Shown piece by piece: positions 18,577-27,626 of a stretch of 64,000 nt of DNA. Both the position numbers and the translations under genes were made by a program. The stretch's first letter is position 1; each line of letters starts with the position of its first letter. The stretch comes from Ignavibacteria bacterium (GTDB taxonomy: Bacteria > Bacteroidota > Ignavibacteria > UBA10030 > F1-140-MAGs086). The stretch spans positions 2,486 to 66,485 of the forward strand of contig VGWC01000003.1 of NCBI GenBank assembly GCA_016873775.1, written 5' to 3'. The notes under the pieces are model-generated. The model made no database searches, had not been told where the DNA came from, and worked only from the letters and a program-made list of their open reading frames with translations.

Positions 18577-20460
18577 ATGAAATATTCTCCAGAATTAATC
18601 GAACAAGTTCGCGCTTCCGTTGATATCGTAGATTACATTGCACAATTTGTCATGCTCAAGAAACGCGGGAAAAGTCATATCGGATTGTGTCCTTTCCATC
18701 AAGAAAAAACGCCATCGTTTCATGTTTCTGCGGATAAACAATTGTATTATTGCTTTGGCTGTGCAAAAGGCGGGACGATATATAATTTTGTCGAAGAGTA
18801 TGAAAAACTATCGTTCATCGAAGCGGTACAAAAACTTGCGGAGCGCGCAGGTATCGTTCTTCCGCAATATACTGTTCACGAAAACGTCATTTCTGAAATT
18901 GAAGAGGCGTATGAAGTTTTGAAACGAACCGCTAAAATATTTCACGACCAGTTAGTGCATTCGAATGAAGGAAAATTTGCATTGGAATATTTTCGCCATC
19001 GCGGATTCACGGACGATACAATACGAAAATTCGGATTAGGATATGCTCCGCGTTCGTGGGATTTTTTAACACAAAAGTTTCTCGATGAAAATATCTCATT
19101 GGAAATTGGAGAAAAAGTAGGAGTGTTGCGCAAACGTGAAGATACTTCTATCTATAGCGCATTTCGAGGGCGCGCAATGTTTCCGATTTTTTCTCCGATG
19201 GGAAAAGTTGTTGGCTTTGGCGCAAGAAAACTGTACGACGATGATACGCTCGGTAAATACATCAATTCCTCCGAATCGTTCGTGTATAATAAAAGCAAAA
19301 TTTTATATGGTTTGAATTTTTCGAAGGATGCTATCCGCGAAAAAGAATACGCCATTCTTGTTGAGGGATATGCCGATTTTCTTTCGTTGTTCCAAGCGGG
19401 AATAGAAAACGTTGTTGCCTCCAGCGGAACGGCATTGACAGAAGAACAAGTCCAGTTGCTTTCACGATATACGAAATCCATTGTCATTTTATACGATGCG
19501 GATTCTGCAGGTTCTGTTGCGGCGCTGCGAGGAATTGATGTTGTATTACAAAAAAATTTGGATGTTCGCGTAGCGCAACTTTCGAAAGGACACGACCCCG
19601 ATTCGTATGTGCGAACATTCGGAAAAGACGAAACGGTACAACGAATCATCAACGCCGTTTCGTTTATCGAATTTCTTACAACATCGTTTCAAGAGAAAGG
19701 AACACTCTCAACGCCGGAAGGATTGACGTCTGCTATTCGCACCATCGTACAATATATCGCAAAAATACCGGATGAATTGAAACGTACATCTTTTGTAAAG
19801 TCTATTGCCAAACAATTTGCCTTGCGCGAATCTGTACTATTGCTCGAACTCGAAAAAAAACTTCACGTTTTTTCGCCTTCTCCTCAAATCCGTGCGAGAC
19901 CAACGGAATCTATTCGGGAAAATGAAGAAACTATTTTCCCTGCGCAGCGAAAACTAGTTACACCAGCAGAGAAAGAAATTATTGCTCTCCTGATAGAAGG
20001 TGATAACGATTTGGTACATTATATTTTCGAACATACACCTATCGAAGCGTTAGGAGAAAATGCCACGAAACTGTTTCAATTGTTTGAGCAGCAATTTACG
20101 GACGTCGGAACGTTAAATGTTGCTGCGTTACTCGATACGCTTACTACCATCAGCAAAGAACAAGCGGAAGAAGTAAAAACATTAATCAATGAAATATTCT
20201 TCGATAGATATACATTGAGCAAATCGTGGTTCGATGCAGGGAACAATATTCCTGTTGCCGACTTAGGGTATCGCGCATTTGCGGCAATAATTTCTTTGCA
20301 GAAAAGTTTTTTGCAAAACGCTTATGAGAAGAATCAGGAAGTTTTGAAATATGGAAATGCCGATGAACAATCCCAAGCGATTCATCAATTACAGGTTCTT
20401 CGTGAACAAATGAAAAATCTCGATGCTCAGTTGAATAATTATAGACAAGGAATCTTCTAA
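18577..20460 (+). CDS. dnaG: DNA primase
   Basis: CPFHQEKTPSFHVSADKQLYYCFGCAKGG zinc-finger block and Toprim region (ILVEGYADFLSL, ILYDADSAG). Confidence 0.9.
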   Translation: MKYSPELIEQVRASVDIVDYIAQFVMLKKRGKSHIGLCPFHQEKTPSFHVSADKQLYYCFGCAKGGTIYNFVEEYEKLSFIEAVQKLAERAGIVLPQYTVHENVISEIEEAYEVLKRTAKIFHDQLVHSNEGKFALEYFRHRGFTDDTIRKFGLGYAPRSWDFLTQKFLDENISLEIGEKVGVLRKREDTSIYSAFRGRAMFPIFSPMGKVVGFGARKLYDDDTLGKYINSSESFVYNKSKILYGLNFSKDAIREKEYAILVEGYADFLSLFQAGIENVVASSGTALTEEQVQLLSRYTKSIVILYDADSAGSVAALRGIDVVLQKNLDVRVAQLSKGHDPDSYVRTFGKDETVQRIINAVSFIEFLTTSFQEKGTLSTPEGLTSAIRTIVQYIAKIPDELKRTSFVKSIAKQFALRESVLLLELEKKLHVFSPSPQIRARPTESIRENEETIFPAQRKLVTPAEKEIIALLIEGDNDLVHYIFEHTPIEALGENATKLFQLFEQQFTDVGTLNVAALLDTLTTISKEQAEEVKTLINEIFFDRYTLSKSWFDAGNNIPVADLGYRAFAAIISLQKSFLQNAYEKNQEVLKYGNADEQSQAIHQLQVLREQMKNLDAQLNNYRQGIF

Positions 20461-20538
20461 CAACGCTCAAAGAGAAACCTTCAAGGTTTGCTTTGAGTAA
20501 AATTTGAAATACAAAAATTTTACTTGGTATTCCGAATG

Positions 20539-20571
20539 AAAAAAACTTGAAGGTTCTTTAACCTTGTTTTT
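20539..20571. terminator. Possible bidirectional terminator between dnaG and the DUF4159 gene
   Basis: aaggtt (20550-20555) / aacctt (20560-20565) stem, 4-nt loop, A-run upstream and T-run downstream. Confidence 0.35.
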
Positions 20572-20601
20572 CGAGATGCTTACCTTTTGTGAAACGTTAT
20601 C

Positions 20602-21267
20602 TTAATGCGTAGTTACCCAAATGATAATATTTGTTCCGAATTTTAATGCTTCTTCGCGTTTTATTTCTGGGTCATTATGGACTTGTGCATCAGCCCAACC
20701 GTCGCTGGGATTGGATTCGTATGTGTAGAGGACAACTAATCTACCGTTGTGAAATATTCCAAACGATTGCGGAGGTTTATCATCGTGTTTATGTGTTTTT
20801 GGGGCACCCGTTGGAAAGTCGAAGTGGGAATGAAATATGCCGAATGAATAGGGAAGTTCGATCAGTTCGTTTTCGGGAAATATTTTTTTAATTTCGGTGC
20901 GAAACGATTTATCCATTCCGTAGTCGTCGTCGGCGTAGAGAAATCCGCCATGCTCCAAATACAACCGCAATCGTTCGGTGTCTAATTCGGAAAACTTAAT
21001 GGTGCCGTGTCCCGTTAAAAAAAGCATCGGATAGGTGTAAAGTTTTTCTGATGCGAGTTCGACAAATTCGTATTTGGGTTCAACATCGAGTAACGTATGT
21101 TGTTGAACAAAACGGAGGAGATTCGCTTCGGCAGAAGGGTCGTTGTACCAATCACCGCCGCCGTTGTATTTCAATCGTCCAATGCGAAATGAAGAGTTTG
21201 TCGGTTGCGATGTTGCGAAGTGCGTAATAAGAAGTATGAACGCAAACAATGTTCGAAAGAGAATCAT
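20602..21267 (-). CDS. DUF4159 domain-containing protein
   Basis: Signal peptide. RLKYNGGGDWYNDPSAEANLLRF and FLYADDDYGMDKSFR blocks as I recall for DUF4159. Confidence 0.65.
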   Translation of the reverse strand: MILFRTLFAFILLITHFATSQPTNSSFRIGRLKYNGGGDWYNDPSAEANLLRFVQQHTLLDVEPKYEFVELASEKLYTYPMLFLTGHGTIKFSELDTERLRLYLEHGGFLYADDDYGMDKSFRTEIKKIFPENELIELPYSFGIFHSHFDFPTGAPKTHKHDDKPPQSFGIFHNGRLVVLYTYESNPSDGWADAQVHNDPEIKREEALKFGTNIIIWVTTH

Positions 21268-21346
21268 TTGTTGTTTTGAAAGAACGTATTGTTGTTGAAA
21301 TGAAAACTATCTATTGTTGCTGCTCTGTATTGCATCGTTATTTTTT

Positions 21347-22414
21347 TTAACTGGTGAATAATCCACCGCCGCCGATGAGCAACATTATGAGCGATTGCAC
21401 CATTGTTTTGTAGGCAATAGTTTCTTTGAGGAAAACGGAAGTATAGAAAAATCCAATGCCGATAATGAATATCGAAGCGTATACGGCAATCATCATAATG
21501 CGTTCACGTGAGTTGGTTTCGGGAGTATCGGCAGAAAACATTTTGTTGTAAAGAAGCAATCCGAAGGAAGCAAAGATTCCGAGTGCAGCAAAGATGAGCC
21601 AGAAGTTCCTGTTCGTTTTCGATTCCTGGTGTTCCAACGAGTGGTTTGAGCATAACTTCGTACAGTGTTCCTCCAAGATTGGAACCGACCAAACTACCGA
21701 TAACTCCGTAGGGAAATGCATATCATACACTGCTTTCTTATCGTGTGGTGCAACGAGTCCAACATAGCTGTAATATTTCGGATGCGCCGTCATTTCGCCG
21801 ATGGAAAAAATAACAATACCCAGCACAAATATCCACACGTTGGATGCAAATGCGAGACAGAGAAAACCGAGAACGCCGAAAAATATTCCCGTAACTATCG
21901 TAAGTACGGCGTTCGTATTTTTTACAATTTTACTGACGATAACTTGTAAGAGAATGATTGTTCCGGCATTTATGATGGTAACATATTCAGCATCGAACTT
22001 TGCAGGGATTCCGAGAGAAGCAAAAAAATTGTCGAAAGGCGTTGCATCAATAAAATCGCGAAGGAACCACAGTACGGAACCAAAGTTTTGGAAGTAGAGA
22101 ATCCAAAATCCCGAATACACAACAATCATTAGCATAAATCGCGCATCGCCGAGAACCATTGCAGCGCTGCTCGGAACATCTTTCAATGTTTTTGTATTCA
22201 CTGGTTTCGGTGGGGCTTTGAAAATAAATAATGTTGGAATAAGCATTAATGCGCAATATGCAGAAGAGGCAATAAATACGTAACTCCACGAAAATCCTTT
22301 GAGATAACTGACAAGTAAAGGAGCAAGAAAAGCGCCGAGGTTTATCATCCAGTAGTACACGCCAAAACCTAATCCGGAATTTTCTTCGGTTGTTGTGCGT
22401 GCGACGGTTCCGGT
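21347..22414 (-). pseudogene. 5'-truncated, frameshifted POT/PTR2-family peptide transporter remnant
   Basis: Starts mid-protein at the GFGVYYWMINLGAFLAPLL block (first TMs missing). TM-like AFPYGVIGSLVGSNLGGTLYEVMLKPLV is in another frame (track ORF 21504-21692), while the main frame reads non-TM DMHFPTELSVVWSVPILEEHCTK. The main frame resumes with NFWLIFAALGIFASFG. Confidence 0.6.
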
Positions 22415-22657
22415 AATAATGCGCTGCGGAAAATCGTGGGCTTTGTTTTCAAAGATGGCTTCATTCTCGGTGGAGGAAATGAGTTTAAAATGCGTTGGTG
22501 GATTTCCACGCGGGCGCGCAATGTAATACTTTCCTGAATCGTTTTCCATACTCTAACATCCTGTCATCCATTGAAATGATTCGATGTGTGTATCAGTTTG
22601 AGAAAACGATACGGTTGTAAAGAGAAGAAACGTAAAAACAAATTTTAAGTATTTCAC
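22415..22657 (-). pseudogene. DUF6265-like lipocalin-type gene remnant (nonsense codon, internal deletion, fused to transporter remnant)
   Basis: GTG 22657 gives MKYLKFVFTFLLFTTVSFSQTDTHIESFQWMTGC. An in-frame TAG (22553-22555) follows where I would expect TGG. The same frame continues ...YYIARPRGNPPTHFKLISSTENEAIFENKAHDFPQRII and runs directly into the POT sequence. Confidence 0.45.
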
Positions 22658-22692
22658 TATAGAATCTGTGTGATAATTCGATTTCCTTCTAA

Positions 22693-22766
22693 TTGTCATT
22701 CCGTCGAAAAACAGAATCCATAATAGAATCAACGTTTTTTGGATTCCGCTTTTGCGGGAATGACAA
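22693..22766. repeat. Nested hairpin element of the 'gtcattcc...ggaatgac' family
   Basis: ttgtcattcc (22693-22702) / ggaatgacaa (22757-22766), with inner gaatcca / tggattc. Confidence 0.7.
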
Positions 22767-22787
22767 CTTTATCTCTATAAAGCGTTG

Positions 22788-22895
22788 TTATTGTTCCTTG
22801 TGGGGAGTGGTGAGCACTTTATAAAAAAACTTTGTTGTAAAGTAAGCGATTATCGCCCACGCCGATAACATAATAAATAAAGCGGATGATGACAT
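22788..22895 (-). CDS. Small hydrophobic protein (35 aa), candidate MetS-like small subunit of the upstream NSS transporter (not in the ORF track)
   Basis: ATG 22895 lies 27 nt after the NSS stop. MSSSALFIMLSAWAIIAYFTTKFFYKVLTTPHKEQ has a single TM. TAA at 22788-22790. Confidence 0.4.
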   Translation of the reverse strand: MSSSALFIMLSAWAIIAYFTTKFFYKVLTTPHKEQ

Positions 22896-22922
22896 AATAT
22901 TTAATAGATAAAGAAATGAAAC

Positions 22923-24560
22923 TTACTTCGCGTTCTTATTTTTCCACGCTTTATGGATTAGAAACGCAATAATGATAAATACACTCAAGAGTAAGATGCG
23001 GGTCATATCAACAACAAACAATTGTGTGGGAGCGCCATTAACAAACCAACTTGTATCGGTAAAACCTACGTGAAATATTTTTCCAATAATACTTCCGCCA
23101 TCGAGTGTCCATCCATTACCACTTGTTAAACTTGAAAATGCGGCGTTCCAATTTCCACCGGCGGGAGCAATCAGCGAGCCGATGAACACGGAAACCAAAA
23201 ATAACGGAGTAACGTATTTGATTACGTATTTGAAAATAGGGTGAATAACAATATCAGCACCGCGATTTATTTCTTCCCATCCTTTATCAATACCGAAGAC
23301 GTAAGCAAAAGCAATGGATTCGAGCATCGCAAATACAACGAGAGCAAACGTTCCCGACCAATCGTCAAACTCACCGAACGCGCCATATCCGAAAAAGAAT
23401 ATTGTCCACAATCCAAGGATGAGTGTAAATATTCCAAATATCAAAGCGGAGCGCGAACGTTCTATTTTAAATTCATCTTGGAGAAATGCCATTACGGGTT
23501 GTCCCATTGCAAGTGAACTTGTAATACCCGCAAAGAAAAGAAGTCCGAACCACGCTAATCCTGCAAATGCGGCAAGTAGTGGTCCCCAGTTTTGAAATAA
23601 AGTCGGCATAACACGAAAGCCCATCATTAGTCCTGTGTTTCCAGGTGTCAAAATCCATTCAAGTCCAAGATACGCTACAGCGATAGGAATCACGATTGAA
23701 CCGCCGAGTAACACTTCGACAAACTCATTCATCCAACCTGCTGAGGAAGCGTTTAATGCTATATCATCTTTTTCGCGGACATACGCAGCATAACAATGAA
23801 TGGAACCTATACCAACTGACAGCGTGAAGAAGATTTGTCCCGCCGCCGCAAGCCACACTTTCGGGTTTGAAAGCGAATCGAATTGCGGTTCCCAAAGAAA
23901 ATTTAAACCCTTAACAGCGTCGTTGATTGCGCCCTGTTCACCTGCATCGAGTGTGAGAGAACGGATAGCAAGAAAAACTCCGAACACGATGAGGAGAGGC
24001 ATTCCGATTTTACTTGCAATTTCTACGCCTTTACTTAACCCGCGCGAAAGAATCCACAAATTCAAACTGAGCGTAACAAAGAAAAAGAATAATGCTTCCG
24101 TAGGAAAGTTAAACCACGAATTGGATGTTGTTCCCACGTAGTGATTGAAGAATTCGGAAACTTCTTGCGCGTTCTTTCCAATAAACGTTCCCGAAAGCGA
24201 ATGCCACACATACGCAAGAGTCCACGATTCGAGATAACAATAATAGGCGGCAACTGTAAGATTGGTGAAGATGCCGAAGACTCCGACATACTTCCAGAGT
24301 TTGGATTTTCCGAGAACGTCCATCATACCGGGAGTGGAATGATAGCCGTATTTTCCTCCGTGTCTGCCAATAGCCCACTCAACCCACAGCAGGGGAATAC
24401 CCATTAAGAGAAATGAAACAAGATAAGGAATGATAAATGCGCCACCACCGTTAGCAACTGCTTGCGCAGGAAAGCGGAGAAAATTTCCGAGTCCGACGGC
24501 ATTTCCCGCCATTGCAAGCACAAGTCCAACGCGTGAACCCCAAGATTCTTTATGCGACAT
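22923..24560 (-). CDS. Sodium-dependent transporter, neurotransmitter:sodium symporter (NSS/SNF) family
   Basis: WGSRVGLVLAMAGNAVGLGNFLRFP N-terminal signature. About 12 TM, 545 aa. Confidence 0.85.
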   Translation of the reverse strand: MSHKESWGSRVGLVLAMAGNAVGLGNFLRFPAQAVANGGGAFIIPYLVSFLLMGIPLLWVEWAIGRHGGKYGYHSTPGMMDVLGKSKLWKYVGVFGIFTNLTVAAYYCYLESWTLAYVWHSLSGTFIGKNAQEVSEFFNHYVGTTSNSWFNFPTEALFFFFVTLSLNLWILSRGLSKGVEIASKIGMPLLIVFGVFLAIRSLTLDAGEQGAINDAVKGLNFLWEPQFDSLSNPKVWLAAAGQIFFTLSVGIGSIHCYAAYVREKDDIALNASSAGWMNEFVEVLLGGSIVIPIAVAYLGLEWILTPGNTGLMMGFRVMPTLFQNWGPLLAAFAGLAWFGLLFFAGITSSLAMGQPVMAFLQDEFKIERSRSALIFGIFTLILGLWTIFFFGYGAFGEFDDWSGTFALVVFAMLESIAFAYVFGIDKGWEEINRGADIVIHPIFKYVIKYVTPLFLVSVFIGSLIAPAGGNWNAAFSSLTSGNGWTLDGGSIIGKIFHVGFTDTSWFVNGAPTQLFVVDMTRILLLSVFIIIAFLIHKAWKNKNAK

Positions 24561-24710
24561 AGAGTACAGAGATTAGATTACAAAATGAGTTATAAAAACG
24601 GGGAGAAGTTACAAAAAAAAATGAAACGCGAAACACAGTTCAATTAATTTTTTTAAAAATATTATCATCTGTTTGTGCGCCGATGATAAAAGGGGAGACA
24701 GAGTTTAAAT

Positions 24711-24971
24711 TCAATGTTCAGTAGTTTCGTTGTTTGTTTCTTCGGGTATTTTCTGCGTACGTTTTTTTGTGTAGATAAAAGAAATGACAACAGCAGGTTC
24801 TGCATAATTTGACGCTGCGTTTCCCGTAAGCATAAAAATTCCTACGCCGATGATTGCGCCGATTCTGAGTGTTACCAGATTTAGTCTGCCAAGCGCAGGT
24901 TTTAAACTATGTTTTCCGGTTCTTGCGATTCTGACAAAAGTTTGTTGAGAGATTTTGTTTGGAAAATACAA
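24711..24971 (-). pseudogene. N-terminal fragment of an APC-family amino-acid permease
   Basis: LKPALGRLNLVTLRIGAIIGVGIFMLTGNAASNYAEPAVVISFIY matches the first TM pair of APC permeases and then ends in unrelated sequence. Only a TTG start. Confidence 0.55.
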
Positions 24972-24973
24972 TG

Positions 24974-26488
24974 TTATTTTTTTTCTAACAGTACATCAAG
25001 TCCTGTTTTTGCTTCTTTATTTTTTGGGTCTAATTTCAAAACGATGCGGTAGTGTTTTATTGCTTCTTCTTTCTTGTTCATATTTTGCAACAGTTGAGCA
25101 AGGAGCAAATTATTTTGAACGCTAGCCGAATCAAAGGTAATCGCTTTCCGCAACGATACTGCAGCTTGCGTGTACAATCGGTCTCCTTCTTCTTTATTGT
25201 CTTTCCAGATTTGTTGTCCAAGAAAGAAGTTGTAGAACCCTTCGAAACCGTACGCTTCGGCTACTTCGGTTTTATATTTTTCAGTTGAATCAGCGATGAC
25301 CTCCAACATTTTTTTATACACGATGCCTTCTTGTTTATATTCTTCCATCAATGCGTACGTGCGCGCAAGATATAAATGTCCTTTGACGTATTCCGATTTT
25401 CGTGTTGTTACTTGTTGAAAAAATGTAACCGCACTCTTGTAATCCTTCAACTGCATTTTACAAATCCCTGCGTTCATATAGGCGCTGATGGCATTCGAGT
25501 CATAACTGATGCGTTTATTAAACGTTGCAATTGCGCTGTCGTATCGCTGATTTGTCATATACAGTTCGCCTAAAGTTGTGTACACATCTATGAACGAAGA
25601 ATCGGGAGATGTTGTTGCAAGATATGTTTCAAACGTAGCAATGGCATCTAAGTGTTTTTGCAATCGAACTTGCGAACGTGCGAGTCGTAAAATTTCATCA
25701 GAACTCAGTGTATCGTATTGTTGAATAAACAATAATTCTTTCTCTGCGGAAACGTAATTTCGAGTTTCATAATATCCTTTTGCCAGAATGTGCCGCGCTT
25801 CGTAGTTGGAAGAATTTTTTTCGATGATTTGTTCTGCAACCGGAATCGCTTCCTGAATACTTCTTGCACTGATGAGCGAACGCATCAATGAAATTTTGAG
25901 GTCCACATCTTCCGGAAGTAACGTCGTTAATCGCTTGAACATACGCGCGGCATTTGTGTGTTGTTTTGCTTTGGAAAAAATTTCCGCTAGTTCTCTGTAT
26001 GCGTCAATATTCGTTGTATCGCGCGATATGACTTGTTGATACGATGCCGCCGCATTGTTGTAATCGCGTTGTTGGCGATAAAGTTTTCCTAACTGAAAAT
26101 GAATTGCAACGAGTGTTGAATCAATCGAAATTGCTTTCTTAAATTGTTCGATTGCCGGAATTGATAAATTATTTTTTACGTACGAATTTCCTAATCCGAT
26201 ATACACGCTTGTGCTTTCGGGAGAAATTTCTCTTGCTTTGATATAATAAAAAATTGCAGAATCGGGAGCGTTGAGGTGATAATGCGTAGATGCAAGAAGA
26301 AAATTCACTTCAAATTTTTTCCGGTGCTCCTTTTCTTCGTACGCTTCGCGCAGTTTGGAAAGAGCAGTTTCATAATCACCTTTGGAAATTGCCTGCTTGG
26401 CATCTGCAACCGGGTCTCTTTCACACAGAACAAGAGTGGATAAACTGAAGATTGAAAGTGCGATAAAAAATATCTTTGAATAAGTCAT
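24974..26488 (-). CDS. Secreted tetratricopeptide-repeat protein (last gene of Ton-type operon)
   Basis: Signal peptide, about 12 TPR-like units, 504 aa. Overlaps the upstream gene by 4 nt. Confidence 0.7.
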   Translation of the reverse strand: MTYSKIFFIALSIFSLSTLVLCERDPVADAKQAISKGDYETALSKLREAYEEKEHRKKFEVNFLLASTHYHLNAPDSAIFYYIKAREISPESTSVYIGLGNSYVKNNLSIPAIEQFKKAISIDSTLVAIHFQLGKLYRQQRDYNNAAASYQQVISRDTTNIDAYRELAEIFSKAKQHTNAARMFKRLTTLLPEDVDLKISLMRSLISARSIQEAIPVAEQIIEKNSSNYEARHILAKGYYETRNYVSAEKELLFIQQYDTLSSDEILRLARSQVRLQKHLDAIATFETYLATTSPDSSFIDVYTTLGELYMTNQRYDSAIATFNKRISYDSNAISAYMNAGICKMQLKDYKSAVTFFQQVTTRKSEYVKGHLYLARTYALMEEYKQEGIVYKKMLEVIADSTEKYKTEVAEAYGFEGFYNFFLGQQIWKDNKEEGDRLYTQAAVSLRKAITFDSASVQNNLLLAQLLQNMNKKEEAIKHYRIVLKLDPKNKEAKTGLDVLLEKK

Positions 26489-27426
26489 TGAAGCGGTTTC
26501 TTTTGAGTTTGAACAATTCGAATGGGCATACGAGCGGGTACTAATCCGTAATCTCCAACAATTTTTTGCCCTTCTCCTGGATGAGCAGAAAGTAAAAACG
26601 TAACGAATCCTGCGCCGACGCCAAAACCGATATTGTGTGTATAAATATAAACTGAATGAACAAACGGGTAATAGTTATTCCAAATATAATATTGATACGG
26701 GAAATAAAATTTCTCTGCAATTTTTTTCAGTGAATCCGGAGGCGTTGAATGTTGGATTCGAAGAATTTGAATGTTTGTCGTGTCAACATTTTTCCAACTC
26801 ACGCTCATAAATCCGATTGCGTCAATATTTTTCCCGACAAAATCAATTACATCGGAAGTTGATTGTGCAAGGATATCCGGTTGTGTAAATTCTTTTCCGT
26901 GCAAGAGTTGTTTTGAAAGAATTTGATATAAACCGAAATTCCTATTGAGTAATGCGATGCGAATTTGTTGCAGAGTTGTTGTCGTTGACAAAGTATTCCA
27001 ATGAGTAATCGTTCCGGAAAAAATGCTGTCGAGTTGCGATTTTCGTAATTGTTCAATCGGATTTTTTTTATTGACGATAAATGCGGTCGCATCATACGCA
27101 AAAAGATGTTCTGTTATTTCAAAAGATTTTTTTTTTGCAACGTCTCGTTCCTCTTCATTCAATGAGCGAGCAATGACGATGCAGTTTGTGGAATCGTTGA
27201 GTAATTGCGCTATTGCTTCCCGGTCGGAAGTTGGAATATTGGAGATGAACGCTTCGGAATATAAATTGTGAAATTTAGTTACTTCTCCATTTACTAACGG
27301 AGCAATTGCATCAGAAGAATAGAACGTTAATGTTCCTTTTGTAGGTGATTCTTTTTGCTCTTGTGTGCATCCGAGAAAAAAGAAAAAAAAACAGAATGGC
27401 AGAAACACATCGTATAATTTATTCAT
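26485..27426 (-). CDS. PstS-like periplasmic substrate-binding lipoprotein (PBP-like domain)
   Basis: Lipobox-like FFFFFLGC. YDATAFIVNKKNPIEQLRKSQLDSIFSGTITHWNTL block typical of the PstS/PBP-like fold. No pstCAB nearby. Confidence 0.6.
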   Translation of the reverse strand: MNKLYDVFLPFCFFFFFLGCTQEQKESPTKGTLTFYSSDAIAPLVNGEVTKFHNLYSEAFISNIPTSDREAIAQLLNDSTNCIVIARSLNEEERDVAKKKSFEITEHLFAYDATAFIVNKKNPIEQLRKSQLDSIFSGTITHWNTLSTTTTLQQIRIALLNRNFGLYQILSKQLLHGKEFTQPDILAQSTSDVIDFVGKNIDAIGFMSVSWKNVDTTNIQILRIQHSTPPDSLKKIAEKFYFPYQYYIWNNYYPFVHSVYIYTHNIGFGVGAGFVTFLLSAHPGEGQKIVGDYGLVPARMPIRIVQTQKKPLQ

Positions 27427-27622
27427 TTGCGTTCTGTTTTGATTTCGACCAAAGAGTTACGATGCGGTAAATACCGTATAAGAGCAAAACAATTCCGAAC
27501 GTGATGCGAAAATGTGTTGGAAGAACTAAGGGAATAAATTCAATCAGAATAGCAATTCCACACAACGAAATAAGAGACGCAGTGCTGTATCCGACGATTT
27601 GCAGGAGCAGTGAAAGCGACAC
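27419..27622 (-). CDS. Small two-TM membrane protein
   Basis: 67 aa, two hydrophobic helices. Overlaps the next gene start by 8 nt within the operon. Confidence 0.5.
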   Translation of the reverse strand: MSLSLLLQIVGYSTASLISLCGIAILIEFIPLVLPTHFRITFGIVLLLYGIYRIVTLWSKSKQNANE

Positions 27623-27626
27623 ATTT

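Noticed and set aside
21504-21692. Track ORF 21504-21692 (-) as an independent small gene
   Set aside because: Its N-terminal part (GSNLGGTLYEVMLKPLV) is the frameshifted continuation of the POT transporter remnant, not a separate gene.
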